Positions 1 to 12,938 of a stretch of 45,084 nt of DNA are shown here, in pieces. Below the pieces are notes generated by a model. The model was given only the letters and a program-made list of their open reading frames with translations. It made no database searches and was not told the DNA's origin. Location: assembly GCA_049724395.1 (NCBI GenBank), contig JAUGWO010000049.1, forward strand, positions 124,001 through 169,084. The letters run 5' to 3'. The stretch's first letter is position 1; each line of letters starts with the position of its first letter. A program made the position numbers and the translations under genes. The stretch is from Spongospora subterranea f. sp. subterranea. Its lineage: Eukaryota.

Positions 1-2540
1 ACGGCACATGTCAACCCATTACATCTCATACTTTATCAACAACATGATCAATAGAGATTAGACAATATGTAATGAAGTACGGCACATGTCACCCATTACA
101 TCTCATACTTTATCAACAACATGATCAATAGAGATTAGACAATATGTAATGAAGTACGGCACATGTACCCCATTACATCTCATACTTTATCAACAACAAT
201 ATGTAATGATCAATCACCCATTACATCTCATACTTTATCAACATGATCAATGATTCAATAGAGATTAGACAATATGTAATGAAGTACGGCACATGTCACC
301 CCATTACATCTCATACTTTATCAACAACATGATCAATAGATTAGACAATATGTAATGAAGTACGGCACATGTCACCCATTACATCTCATACTTTATCAAC
401 AACATGATCAATGAGATTAGACAATATGTAATGAAGTACGGCACATGTCCCCATTACATCTCATACTTTATCAACAATCAATGATTCAATATGTAATGAA
501 GTACGGCACATGTACCCCATTACATCTCATACTTTATCAACAACATGATCAATGATTAATATGTAATGAAGTACGGCACATGTCACCCATTACATCTCAT
601 ACTTTATCAACAACATGATCAATAGAGATTAGACAATATGTAATGAAGTACGGCACATGTCACCCATTACATCTCATACTTTATCAACAACATGATCAAT
701 AGAGATTAGACAATATGTAATGAAGTACGGCACATGTCACCCATTACATCTCATACTTTATCAACAACATGATCAATAGAGATTAGACAATATGTAATGA
801 AGTACGGCACATGACCCATTACATCTCATACTTTATCAACAACATGATCAATAGAGATTAGACAATATGTAATGAAGTACGGCACATGTCACCCATTACA
901 TCTCATACAACTTTATCAACAACATGATCAATAGAGATTAGACAATATGTAATGAAGTACGGCACATGTCACCCATTACATCTCATACTTTATCAACAAC
1001 ATGATCAATAGAGATTAGACAATATGTAATGAAGTACGGCACATGTACCCCATTACATCTCATACTTTATCAACAACATGATCAATAGAGATTAGACAAT
1101 ATGTAATGAAGTACGGCACATGTACCCCATTACATCTCATACTTTATCCCATTACATCTCATTACTTTATCAACAACATGATCATTACATCTCATACTTT
1201 ATCAACAACATGATCAATAGAGATTAGACAATATGTAATGAAGTACGGCACATGTCACCCCATTACATCTCATACTTTATCAACAACATGATCAATAGAG
1301 ATTAGACAATATGTAATGAAGTACGGCACATGTCACCCCATTACATCTCATACTTTATCAACAACATGATCAATAAGATTAGACAATATGTAATGAAGTA
1401 CGGCACATGTACCCCATTACATCTCATACTTTATCAACAACATGATCAATAGAGATTAGAATATGTAATGAAGTACGGCACATGTCACCCATTACATCTC
1501 ATACTTTATCAACAACATGATCAATACGGCACAGATTAGACAATATGTAATGAAGTACGGCACATGTCACCCATTACATCTCATACTTTATCAACAACAT
1601 GATCAATAGAGATTAGACAATATGTAATGAAGTACGGCACATGTCACCCATTACATCTCATACTTTATCAACAACATGATCAATAGAGATTAGACAATAT
1701 GTAATGAAGTACGGCACATGTCACCCATTACATCTCATACTTTATCAACAACATGATCAATAGAGATTAGACAATATGTAATGAAGTACGGCACATGTCA
1801 CCCATTACATCTCATACTTTTCAACAACATCTCATACTTTATCAACAACATGATCAATAGAGATTAGACAATATGTAATGAAGTACGGCACATGTCACCC
1901 ATTACATCTCATACTTTATCAACAACATGATCAATTAAGATTAGACAATATGTAATGAAGTACGGCACATGTCACCCATTACATCTCATACTTTATCAAC
2001 AACATGATCAATAGAGATTAGACAATATGTAATGAAGTACGGCACATGTCACCCATTACATCTCATACTTTATCAACAACATGATCAATAGAGATTAGAC
2101 AATATGTAATGAAGTACGGCACATGTCACCCATTACATCTCATACTTTATCAACAAGGCATGATCAATAGAGATTAGACAATATGTAATGAAGTACGGCA
2201 CATGTCACCCATTACATCTCATACTTTATCAACAACATGATCAATAGAGATTAGACAATATGTAATGAAGTACGGCACATGTCACCCATTACATCTCATA
2301 CTTTATCAACAACATGATCAATAGAGATTAGACAATATGTAATGAAGTACGGCACATGTACCCCATTACATCTCATACTTTATCAACAACATGATCAATA
2401 GAGATTAGACAATATGTAATGAAGTACGGCACATGTACCCCATTACATCTCATACTTTATCAACAACATGATCAATAGATATTAGACAATATGTAATGAA
2501 GTACGGCACATGTCCCCAACAACATGATCAATAGAGATTT
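1..2540. repeat. Tandem satellite, 77-bp unit (ACGGCACATGTCACCCATTACATCTCATACTTTATCAACAACATGATCAATAGAGATTAGACAATATGTAATGAAGT), roughly 32 units, running off the window start
   Basis: Direct periodicity (e.g. CACATG at 1561 and 1638). There are no unique spacers, and several units have indels or partial duplications. Confidence 0.97.
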
Positions 2541-3000
2541 GTAACATGTGATACGTGATCCTGACGGAGGTCCCATCATGGTCAATGTCTCCCCTATCAA
2601 TTGAGAATATCCTGGATTGCCCATCTTCAAACTGGCCTACTGCAGTTTCAAGCTGCTTGCTAATTTTACACACAAATATGGTCGGATTCTGCGTCAATTT
2701 GCCTATCTACGATCACAAACAATATCCCTGTATAAATTGTCGAACCTTTGTCGAGTTCAGAGTCCGTCTTGGTTGACGTAACAAAATCGCATATTTCGCC
2801 ATAAATAACGCAATGAAAAAAATTCAAAAAATATCATTTCGGCACTCTTACATATGGATTTCAGGCATGCGGCTGACGCAACTTTCAGCAAACAAATCGG
2901 ATGAAAAAATGACCTTAAGTTGGCGCATTACTGTTTTTCGATAGGTTTTTATGGGACGGAGGGAGTACTTTATTTAAGATATTTCATTTTATGCAGGTCA

Positions 3001-4974
3001 TGTGCCCTTCTCTCCCCGAGGGGAGAGACGGAATTTTCTCCCCGCGAGGAGAGAAGACACCACCGGACTCAATACAACACGCACTCTTCGTTAAGTTCCC
3101 GTTCAGAACACTCGTTTTAGGTAGTTCTGTTTTAGACTTCCTGACTTCACCCCTGGCGGCTCGGAACCCGTCTCACAACACCAGTATGGTGACGGGCCGT
3201 GATTCACGCCAAGACGTAAGAGTGTGACTCCTTGCATGGGAGACGAAGGCCGGCAGAACCCTTTTTCTAGAAAGTCATTAATAGATCCGAATATACTTTA
3301 GAGGACCACTTTGGTTTAATTTCAAAAGCCTCACCTTCTAACTACTAATATTGCTCCCTGAGGGTAACGGCACAACACATATTCGGATCTATTAATCGGG
3401 AGCGACGATGGATGAGATCCGCCAAAGTCTGGTGGAGATGCGGGAGCATAGCCGCGACGCGATAGAGAAGCTGCAAGCAGAGCAAGACCGCATCGCGCGG
3501 GTCATGGAGCAGCTGGTAGCCCGGCTGTCGCCGTCCAGCCCGACAGCAACGATCGCAGTGAAGCGCGAGCAGGATGGCGACGGTTATGCCTCTGAGTCGC
3601 CCGAAGCGAACGCGGCGGGGCGCCAGTGTTGGTCGCAGGGCCAGGCGCAACGGGTCGAACGGCAGCGCTCCGACGAGCGGCTGTCGGCAGAACAGGGCCG
3701 GACGTTTCCAAAACTGGCAACATGCGCCGGTGACCCATGGAAATCGTCCGAGACAGACGGTGTCGTCATGTGGCTGAACATGGCGATCTCGTCCGTGCGG
3801 CGGATGGGGGCGATGGAACGGACCGGGATAGAGCTATGGCTCCGGGCCCGAATCAGCAACAAGGCGCTGGCGGAAATCATTTCGTCGGCGGAACGAATGT
3901 TGCCGACGTCGCCTTACGAGGACGTCCTGATATATGCGCGCGACCGCATCACGGGAGCGCTGGAGCAGGAAGATCGTTCACGCTGGATGGAGGCAGCGCT
4001 AGCAGTCCATCAGCGCACGGACGAACCGTTGACCGGGTTTCTGACCCGATTGGAGACCGCTCTCAACGAGCTAACGGCGAACCAACCGGAGGAGGCATCC
4101 TCGGAGCTCCTGTACTTCATCTATCGAGGAAGTTTGTCGCAGCGAACCAGGGACGTACTGGAGAAGACTCACCTGTACAGCAACCGGGCCCGAGATCAGA
4201 CGGTGGAGGAGCGGCTGCGGTTCCTTCACAGCTGCCTCTATCAGGAAAGACTCCGGGAGCAGCTAGGCGACAAGAAACCCCCGAGGACGGTCGGGGCGAC
4301 CACGATTCCGTTGGCGGACTCGACGGCCAAGCAGGCGGACTTCCGGTGCAGGACCTGTGAGACGAACGCGCACAGCTTCAGGGATTGCGCGCGGGGGAAA
4401 GAGCGCCAACGATGCTTAAAACTACGTCACGTTTGCGTATGGACAGGGAATATGCCCGACGACGGGGCAGATGCCACACTTTCTGGATTCGGCAGGGACC
4501 TGCCCGGGCCGAGCATGTACGACTGTCAGGTTCCGAGGACAGCACCGGCATCTCAGCGAGAATACCTGGCGCGGCTGCGAAGACGACTACGCACCGCATG
4601 GACCCTGGCCGAGCGTTCGGCGGCAGAGGCGTATCGGGCATCGACGGAACAGGCTAATCGTGACCGAGGCGATATGGCGTTGGAATTGATCAGCTTGTCT
4701 GGGTGAATAGGACTGCGTCAGAATCTGTTCTGGAAGAGCGACAATTTAGGCGGTTCTTACCGCGATTAACGGGGCCATGGCGAGTCCTGTCTCGACATTC
4801 CAATGCTTTGGATACCTACAGGCTACGGCATCTAAATACCGGTCGGGAAGCATCGTTCAATGTGGACCAGATGGTACCTGTTCGAGGCAACCACGAAGAG
4901 ACTGGCGACAATCATCGACGGAACCAAGACGAGGTTGCCGGTGTCGACGATAATAGCGTGAAGAGGAGAGGTAG
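3001..4974 (+). mobile_element. Gypsy-like LTR retrotransposon A, internally deleted: putative 5' LTR ~3001-3186, PBS, gag, integrase C-terminus, PPT; 3' LTR absent
   Basis: TG start at 3001; PBS-like TGGTGACGGGCCGTGAT at 3187 (resembles a tRNA-Trp PBS); gag knuckle CRTCETNAHSFRDC; integrase tail FGRDLP...LPRLTGPWRV (GPY/F motif); purine tract GAAGAGGAGAGGTAG at 4960-4974. Confidence 0.75.
3408..4706 (+). CDS. gag: Gag with CCHC knuckle, fused by deletion to an integrase C-terminal remnant
   Basis: 432-aa ORF with N-terminal coiled coil, capsid-like QRTDEPLTGFLTRLE and Cx2Cx4Hx4C, followed by FGRDLP...EYLARLRRRLRTAW. Confidence 0.75.
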   Translation: MDEIRQSLVEMREHSRDAIEKLQAEQDRIARVMEQLVARLSPSSPTATIAVKREQDGDGYASESPEANAAGRQCWSQGQAQRVERQRSDERLSAEQGRTFPKLATCAGDPWKSSETDGVVMWLNMAISSVRRMGAMERTGIELWLRARISNKALAEIISSAERMLPTSPYEDVLIYARDRITGALEQEDRSRWMEAALAVHQRTDEPLTGFLTRLETALNELTANQPEEASSELLYFIYRGSLSQRTRDVLEKTHLYSNRARDQTVEERLRFLHSCLYQERLREQLGDKKPPRTVGATTIPLADSTAKQADFRCRTCETNAHSFRDCARGKERQRCLKLRHVCVWTGNMPDDGADATLSGFGRDLPGPSMYDCQVPRTAPASQREYLARLRRRLRTAWTLAERSAAEAYRASTEQANRDRGDMALELISLSG

Positions 4975-5030
4975 AAAATAGGGCGAATTTTACTCCTCAT
5001 TCTTCTTCTTTAAATTGCGCGGCATGTAAG

Positions 5031-6107
5031 GTGACGGAAGGTTGCTTACCACTGAGTAGCATGATGGATGGGGCGAACGAAATTAATATGACGGATGGAG
5101 CAAATCAGGGAGATACTGATGAAAGAACGGATAACAGGAGGAAAATAATCAGCTTAGTGACAGGATCAATGGCAAGCAACCTTCCGTCACCTTACATGCC
5201 GCGCAATGCCAACAACTACTCTGAAGCAATCATCATGGCTGACAACCTTCATGGAGTAATGCAATCCATTGATCAACAACTTCCTAGGTTTCGCGGATAC
5301 GATAAAGAAAATATGGATTTCAAAGGAGAAAACACAGTCATATTCAAAAATTTCAAAAAGGGTACACAAACAAACACCACATATAACCCCACTGCTCTAT
5401 TAGAATATCTTTTCGTAACCTCGAAGTTATTGATCAACAGATTCACAAATTTTTTTTTTGATAAAAACATGTAACCTAACAATGGCTTAAAATTTTCCAC
5501 CTGCAGGACAATTCAAGCGTTTGCAAAATATCGCTGAATATCAGGGACAGCTATGCAGACCAAACAAACTCGCAGCCAACGATATTGACAGCCAAATTGT
5601 CGCGTTTAAAATCCCTGCATGGGTTATCACTACGGGACAAATAATTTCTGCTATCAAGGGGCCAATGCCAACCAAAGCCACCAACATTGGGAAAGCAACA
5701 TCCCTCATTACTTTCCAGCATAAACAGCAAGCTGAGGAAGCAATCGAACGCAAGTACATACACATCCGTGGCAAACAGTTCAAAGTAGAACGCAAGAAGA
5801 TCAAAAAGAAAAATTCCTGCTCGCAATGCCTTCTACTGGAATGTCCTGCTAAGGATTATTGCGGACGGAAAAGATGTCACATTTGTGGGGAGAGAAACTC
5901 ATTAGGCTGCTATTTGCCCAAACAAAGATGCACCAGACAAATGTGTCACCTGCAAGGCAGACGGACATCGTGCAAAGACATGCCCACACAAGATTACATT
6001 TGATTGATTGGGGAAAGGAAGTTGTAAAAATTGACGAAATAAAATTAGCTTCCACCATTATAAATGCCGATACTTCACCAAAAATTATTGTAGATGATAT
6101 TAAATAA
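5031..6107 (+). pseudogene. LINE ORF1 (RRM-like region and zinc knuckles), frameshifted
   Basis: LITFQHKQQAEEAIERKYIHIRGKQFKVE followed by CSQC, CHICG and further Cys/His clusters. Confidence 0.75.
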
Positions 6108-6217
6108 AAATGAATCAGGCCAGGAAAACAGAAGATCGACACGGTAATTCCGGAAAGCTAAGAAGTCAAATGCCCAACGAATGCAAAGACCTGACAGTAC
6201 GAACAAAGAAAAAAAAA

Positions 6218-6290
6218 TGGTATGGTATGGTATAAAAAGGTTCGCGGGTCCTTATGGGTCGGGTAATCCTGTGTACTCCCTACTTCCGCC
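6218..6290 (-). mobile_element. 5'-truncated SINE-A copy (3' end with (TACCA)n tail)
   Basis: Its reverse complement matches ~13445-13525 with a ~10-bp deletion. Flanked by AAAGAAAAAA at 6205-6214 and 6293-6302. Confidence 0.8.
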
Positions 6291-6384
6291 TTAAAGAAAA
6301 AAGAAGACAAAAAACTGCAACGAGAAAATCGGAACGGTCTCCACCCTACTTGTCTCATGGAAATATACAGCAAAACAAACATAT

Positions 6385-6850
6385 TTGAAGACGTTCTGGG
6401 GGGACTGTGCATTGGAAGCGATACGAACAACAGGGCTCATTCCTAACACATCTGTACAACGGTTGAGAACGGACATCTGTCAATACGCCAGAAATCCACA
6501 GCAAGGGCGGACTATAGCACAGGCCATATTGAACTATGCAGGATCATTGCCAAATCAAGACGATCTCTCACTGGATGTATACCTCGACATAATGCAAAGA
6601 GATTGTCAATGGGCTGGACTATTTGAGCTAACAATTGCGTCATTTATGCTCAAAATCAACATCATCATAATAAGTCATTCAACAAAACCCTTTAGCACAA
6701 ATATCCGAAAATGGATTGATAACTCCTTTCCAAAGCTTCGAGATACCTCGGAATGGAATACGACAATACACCTATTGCATCATAAACCGGGAAACCCATT
6801 GAACCCAATGGAACACAGCAGGCTCAACCACTATGCAACTTTATTCCCGA
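6385..6850 (+). CDS. OTU-like cysteine protease domain of the LINE
   Basis: G-D-C-A-L-E-A-I ... LR ... YLDIMQRDCQWAGLFEL ... INIIII ... IHLLH ... NHY matches the OTU Cys, WG-x-x-E and HY motifs. Confidence 0.8.
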
Positions 6851-7021
6851 TAAATATCGACGTCCGAAACGCAAAATTGACTGAGATGATGACAGAAACA
6901 CAATGTGAACAGTACATCTCTCAATACAAAGAGAATGCCACTACTGATAACGTCACACAAAAAGCAGACGCAGCTACCGAAGAACACAGCAATTATAACT
7001 TAAATTTAATTCACAAAAACG

Positions 7022-10000
7022 ATGGAACAGCAAACAGTGACTTGTAAAGAACTCTCCTGTGGCAGCAGGTCAAAACAGGGCCTTATACCAACAGAAACTG
7101 ATAATAGAATGAAAAACCCGAACAAAATCAGACTCACACCCAATAGAAGCAACACACAACTCCTTCCATTTCGCACTGAGGATGACAAACATGCCAGGGT
7201 CCATGAATTCAAACTGAAAAGATTTAAGCTACAACCAACAAATAAGCGAGTATTGGAAACTGAGGAGGAAGTTCAAGGCCACAATGCCAAAAGGAGAAAC
7301 CCCAATGAAAACGAGCCCAAATGCAGCCAAATGACAAATATCGCATCAATGGTCCAACCAGTTCCAGGACCCACACAACCTTGCCAGCATAGATCGATGC
7401 AATCCCGAATTACCCAGTTATTTAAACCTAATCACAAAACCCACAAAATACTTCTAGGAAACACAGCAACTAAACGTCAACTGGTAACACAACAATTACC
7501 AAAACCCATCCCGTTACGACCTGAGACTAGAAAAAAAGCAAACCGTATTACCAACTACTTCAACACAGAACAAGATACGAGACTCTTTGAGAAAAAACAC
7601 ACAGGACTAAACCAGATCGCCAATCACGACTATCGAATTGCACAATGGAATGCCGGCCGGCTGACAGAGATTAAGTCTTACGAACTGGCTCGGTTCACAA
7701 ACAAACACAAAATAGACGTTATATGCATATCCGAACTTGGCCACAGAAGAAGAATAGCCGGATTCCCTAATTATCACTGCAGCGATACATTCACTCAATC
7801 AGCAATATTCTGGAGGGAGGGATTGGATATCCAAACAATTAACTGCCCCACAATCAGCAAATTTGAAAAATCGCGAATCAATACGCAACTACTACTATTG
7901 AATAAGGAAATAATGTTGATACATACATACATACCACCAGACGTAAACAATAAGGCGAGATCCAAGTTCTGAAAAGCAATGGAACAATTTGCAGATGAAC
8001 AGAAATACAGAATATGCCAACAATAATTACAGGGGATCTGAACACAAAAGATAAACGATTTGGAAAAGATCACGAAGAGCACCACGAATACCTTAGACTC
8101 TATTTTAATGGAATTCTCCATGATAAATGATGTCAACACACCAACCAGAGGACCAAACAATTTAGACATCACGCTTTGCAATCAAACGTTTCTCCCCTTC
8201 GTCCAAAGTTGGAAAGCCCACGCTAATTTGAGCAGTGACCATCTGCCAACAATTATCAAAACTACCATCCCAACAAGGCGGCAAAAACGCACAAACACGC
8301 TGAGAGAACACATCAAAATAATCGGTAATGAGAGAACCATGAACACGCTCATGGAGCGAATCACAAACATGACCCGCGATCAACTGACTCTAACAAATAT
8401 TCACAGGACTATAGCAGGGTCGATCCACCACAAAACTATTCGTAGCAACGCATGTCCCTTCTGGAACGAAGAACTGAAAACTCGCATACAAGCGAAGGAA
8501 CCGCGCCAAAACAAAATGGCAGCAATCAATGGTGAAACAGCACCGAGCTGACCGTACCGAGAAAAGGAAACGAAAATTACAGAAACTAGACACACGTTTC
8601 AAAAACCTATTTAAAGAACACAAACACAAACACTTACTTAGGCTGGCAAAAGAAGCTAGTAAGGACAATACGGGAACAGCAACGTGGAAGATGCTGAAAA
8701 CCCTGATTCCGCAAACAAACAAAAAGCATCGTATCTTCGCAACACATACCAACAATGCAATTGAAGAAGCAAATATAATCGTAGAAAATTTCAGCGTCAT
8801 TTATAACCCATTCGATCTTGAGCTATCCAAAGATGAGCGAACAAAATACAATGAATTGGTCATGAACCTAAAACGACGAAAGGGCTTGTAGCCATGCACC
8901 ACTCATCACAAAAAGAGAGCTGGACAGGGCAGCGACAAAGGCAAAAAGTAAAGCAGCTCTTGGAATAGACGGGATCTCTTCAAAACTTCTAAAACAAATA
9001 TGTGCAAATGACAGATTAGCAGACAGCGTCAGACAAGCGATTAACAATGACATCATGGTGAAAGGGTCATTCCCAGATACCTTGAAGATGCCAAAAATAA
9101 TCCCTTTACCGAAATCAAAACCCGGTGACTACCGCCCGATAGCCTTGTTGACTTCATTGGCAAAATTGGTTGAAAGTATCATTGAACATCGACTACGCCA
9201 GCAATCAGAGAAGCACATTCCGAAGAATCAGTCAGGCTGCAGACCAGCTCACAGCACCTCACATGCGTTGCTTAGACTCCTACACAATTCAGGCATTGCT
9301 GCCGCATTAAAAAATCGAATTGCTGTGGTCCTATACGACTACATGAAAGCTTTTGACAGAGTCCAAAGGCCACTCTTGATAGAAAAATCGAATCGCATGG
9401 GAATAGAACCATATCTAACACTGTTGATCGATAGCTGGTTAACGAACCGAATGTACGAGGTGCATTTTCGAAATGTGCGATCATCACAGATTGAGCAGAA
9501 TAATGGAATTCCACAGGGATCCAGTATTAGTGTTCTACTGTGGATATTGTATATCTATGATGCACCTTTAAATATGAACAATAGCAACGTATATGTTGAC
9601 GACACTACACAATGGGAACAGGGCACTTCTAAGAGAGAAATCGCTGATAACCTACAAGAAAGCAGCAGCGAACTGTATAAATGGTGCAAGGCCAACAAAA
9701 TCAAATTACAATGGATGAAGACATTTCTTCTGTTTAATAGATACGAAGACTCAGACAAATTAGTGGTTGATGCAAATCACAAAATCCATACTGCGAAAAC
9801 AATAAAATACCTTGGGGCTAATCTCTTGGCAAATCCAGCTTGCAACAAATCAACAATTCTGATTGATATGACAGAACCGGCAACCGACATTCGACGACGC
9901 TGCAAGTTAATGAGACTATTGAGGCAATTTAGATTACCTACGAAGCTGTTCCAACAAATCTGTAAAAGATTCATTGGAGGCAAAGTCAACTACTATCTAT

Positions 10001-11211
10001 CATGGAAAGCAGGAGAGATGACGAGCACCACCTTCAGACCAATGGAAATAGCATACAATGATTATATGAGAACCTATACAGGATCATTCATATCGACACC
10101 AATCACACTATTACACGCTATATCCAGATTCCCATTATTGAGAGACAAAATTATTAGCGCAACCACTATGACGGTTTTAGCCGCGCGCGCCAACGAATCA
10201 CAACTGGGACAGGACTACACCAAATAGACAGGATTCGGCGATGGCTGGTCTCCACTTGGCGAAGTATGGAAAGCTCTCAGAGAGAGAGTCCCGAAAGGAT
10301 ACACAACCATACATGCAATGGTAGATATTGCACCAAACATTCTCGAGGCTCTGTATTCAGTAAATTACCACAAATCCACGCGAAAGGAGGCAATTGAAAA
10401 GCACAAGCGCAACGAACTTCTTCCACGAGACCCAGATGTAGAAATCTGGACTGATGGCAGTTATACAAAAGGCAAAAAAAGGGGTGCTGCTGTCCTTATT
10501 CGATACACAAAAGCACCAAAGATGTAGAGGCAAATCACAATGAGGCGAAGTCGCAAATCAAACTGAGTCGCAAAATCACCTCGAGTTACGAAGCCGAGAT
10601 CATTGCATTACATGCTGGTCTAGAACTGGCCCTAGATCAGAGATTCAAAAACAGAACGATCCACATTATGACAGACTCGTTATCCTGGGTAAGCCAATTC
10701 CAATTATTACCTATCAAACCTCGAAGAGTATATGCAGTTGTGGCAGACTCTGCTCGAACACTAGCGAAACTAACCTGTCGTAATCAGATACACATTCACT
10801 ACGTTCCACTAAGTCATGTCCACCACACAAGTGACACATCTGACAATGACATCTCAAAAGCGATAGGACAAGTAATGAAATTGATCAACTAGCAAAAAAT
10901 GCGGCGAATATTGGGACCAAAATAGAGCATGCACCATTTCTGGCAATCTTCAAACTACAACTTAGGAAATACGAACGAAGTCAATAAAAACAGTACCTGA
11001 AGGCGAACGTCAAACACAGCCACTTCCAAAACTACCCGGATAGAAATCCGTTTCGCAAACTTATCAGGTGAATCCATGCCACACATGCTAATTAACAGAG
11101 CGCGAACTGGACATAGCAGATGCAGACAGCTCCTCAGCAACATAGGGATGGAAAGACACAAACAAGTGCAGACACTGCCACAACCATACCGAAACCATAG
11201 AACATCAGGTG
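7022..11211 (+). pseudogene. pol: LINE ORF2: apurinic endonuclease (~7630-8260), reverse transcriptase (~8900-9810), RNase H (~10435-10810), C-terminal CCHC
   Basis: Motifs spread over ORFs 7022-7972, 8060-8551, 8529-8891, 9055-10227, 10318-10527 and 10668-10892. Confidence 0.92.
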
Positions 11212-11433
11212 CTACCAGGTTTTCCCTACTTCCGCCTGGCCGCTACAAGTAGCTTGGGTAGCCAATGAAGGAACCTATTAGACCAGCTGGATTCAGCAAC
11301 ATAACCTGTCCTACGACCATACCGAATGGGACCTGCCCCACCCGATTGAATTGCCTATGAAGAGTTTCGAGTTCACTGCAAGCAGCTCACTCGTCCACAT
11401 TCATTATGGCCATGTGGTCAGACCCATACGTGC
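11212..11433 (-). mobile_element. Internal fragment of SINE-A (diverged copy)
   Basis: Its reverse complement aligns to ~13245-13467. Both ends are missing, and it joins the hAT through a short GTGC overlap. Confidence 0.85.
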
Positions 11434-12676
11434 ACACATTGTTGTGTTGTTAGACGCATTATCAGACGTGATTGCCCAAATGCTACCAAGTAACGTCGGA
11501 TCCATGTCCCTGACGGCAGCGATTAAAGGATCCGCCAAGCGTTCGCCTGTATGAGGATACATCACTCGCACAAATGCGATGATGACTGCTTTCATGTCCA
11601 ATTGTCATAATATCTTCTGTTAGGATAATATAATGCATCGTGACCACCATGTAACCTCGTTTCGCACTAGAGGTCCACATGTCAGTTGTGAGACCGCATC
11701 TTGATCCGTTGCTAAGGTCCTCCTTCACCTTCGCGCGAACCCGGATCTTCTCCTTCTGCCATCGATCGAGGATACGGTTCTTGATTGTGTTGCGTGATGG
11801 AACCGGATAATCTTCCGGTAAGGTCGAACAAAACTCGATGAAGTCTTGCTGCTCGACGACCTTGAATGGTTGCGAATGGTTGACAATCCAATCGGTCAGT
11901 TTTCGATCCGCATATGTCTTGTCGCTGCCGGTAAATTGTGGTTGCAATGCTCTGTTCCTCTTGTTCGATCTGGACGGGCGATCTTTGTTGGCTGCTTCTG
12001 GGCTAAAAAATGTTTGATTTTTGTCTGGCCGTCGCTCTTGTTGTTCACGTCTGCATGTTCCTTCTGCAAATGCAGGCGAAAGTTGCTTGTGTTCTGATTG
12101 CGCCATCTTTGATCCTTGCGCTTCGCTAGGCACAACGAACAGTAGTAGGGTTTATCTAGATTGCTGTCCTTTTTAAAATTGATAAATGTGTAAGCATCGG
12201 ACGTGATTTTTCTCGTGCTGCAACTAGATTTGTCCGATACTGAATGCGCAACAGCTTGCTGCTGCGTTCGATTTTCATCTTGTTCCAATAGATCATCGTC
12301 ACCGGTGACTTGCACTGACTCGGAGTCGGTGATCTCGAAGGCGTCGTAGCTGCCAGACATTAAAACGCTGCGGAAGTCGGAAATCGCAAGTCGAAGTGCT
12401 GCCGGGCTCCGCAACTCACAATCACAATTCACAAGTCACATCACTCACAAGTCGATAGTCGAAACTGAGTGGCGCCTGCGCCGCGGCCTCGCGGGTTGTA
12501 TTATTGCCTTGGCCCTCCTACAAGGTAGTGATTTTGAGTGGACTCAAGTCGAATCCAGTGACTTGAACCCAACCCCTAGTCGCTACAGTCGACTTAAACC
12601 AAACCTCTAGTCGCTATAGTCGTTAGTCGACTCAAGTCGTTTGTAGTCGATTATACTCTAGTCGTTGACATCTCTA
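11430..12676 (-). mobile_element. hAT DNA transposon, 5' part only (terminus, subterminal repeats, BED finger, N-terminal half of the DDE domain)
   Basis: Terminus TAGAGATGTCAACGACTA (minus strand, from 12676); many AGTCG repeats at 12450-12665; BED finger CSLC...TSNFRLHLQKEH; PFKVVE, PSRNTI, LTTDMWTS, HTGERLA, ITSDNASNN. Confidence 0.9.
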
Positions 12677-12681
12677 TTATC

Positions 12682-12931
12682 AATTGGCCACGGGGGAAAT
12701 TCCCTGTACAGAACACCGATGCCTTGAACCCAAGTCGCATCATTACAAATCAGCTGTACATTTTTCAAGAGGTTCGTTCCTCGCATGCTCAACAACCTGC
12801 GCTCTACTTCCGTATTAGCTGGCCAACCTTATGGTGTTCCCCAAAATCCCTGCCGACGGGGTTTTCGAACTCAAGTCTCACACTGACCTCGTCCTAACCT
12901 GCCACCAACCGGGACAGACAGGAACCACGCT
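12682..12931 (-). mobile_element. SINE-B copy, 5' half (cut at the hAT terminus)
   Basis: Colinear with 28762-29008; same head with B-box GAGTTCGAAAACC. Confidence 0.85.
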
Positions 12932-12938
12932 TTTTTTT

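Larger units (their letters stand above)
4975..11211 (+). mobile_element. Degenerate non-LTR retrotransposon (LINE, I/Ingi/Tad1-group-like): ORF1 - OTU - APE - RT - RNase H - CCHC
   Basis: APE motifs QWNA, ISEL, GDLN, SDHLP; RT motifs DYRPIALL, KAFD, GIPQGS, YVDD; RNase H motifs WTDGS, AE, TDS; C-terminal CRHCHNHTETIEH. Multiple stops and frameshifts. Confidence 0.93.

Noticed and set aside
1..2540. CRISPR array
   Set aside because: Units are contiguous with no unique spacers, the context is eukaryotic and there are no cas genes.
4975..5060. HDV-like ribozyme at the LINE 5' end
   Set aside because: Only simple hairpins are visible; I could not build the nested double pseudoknot.
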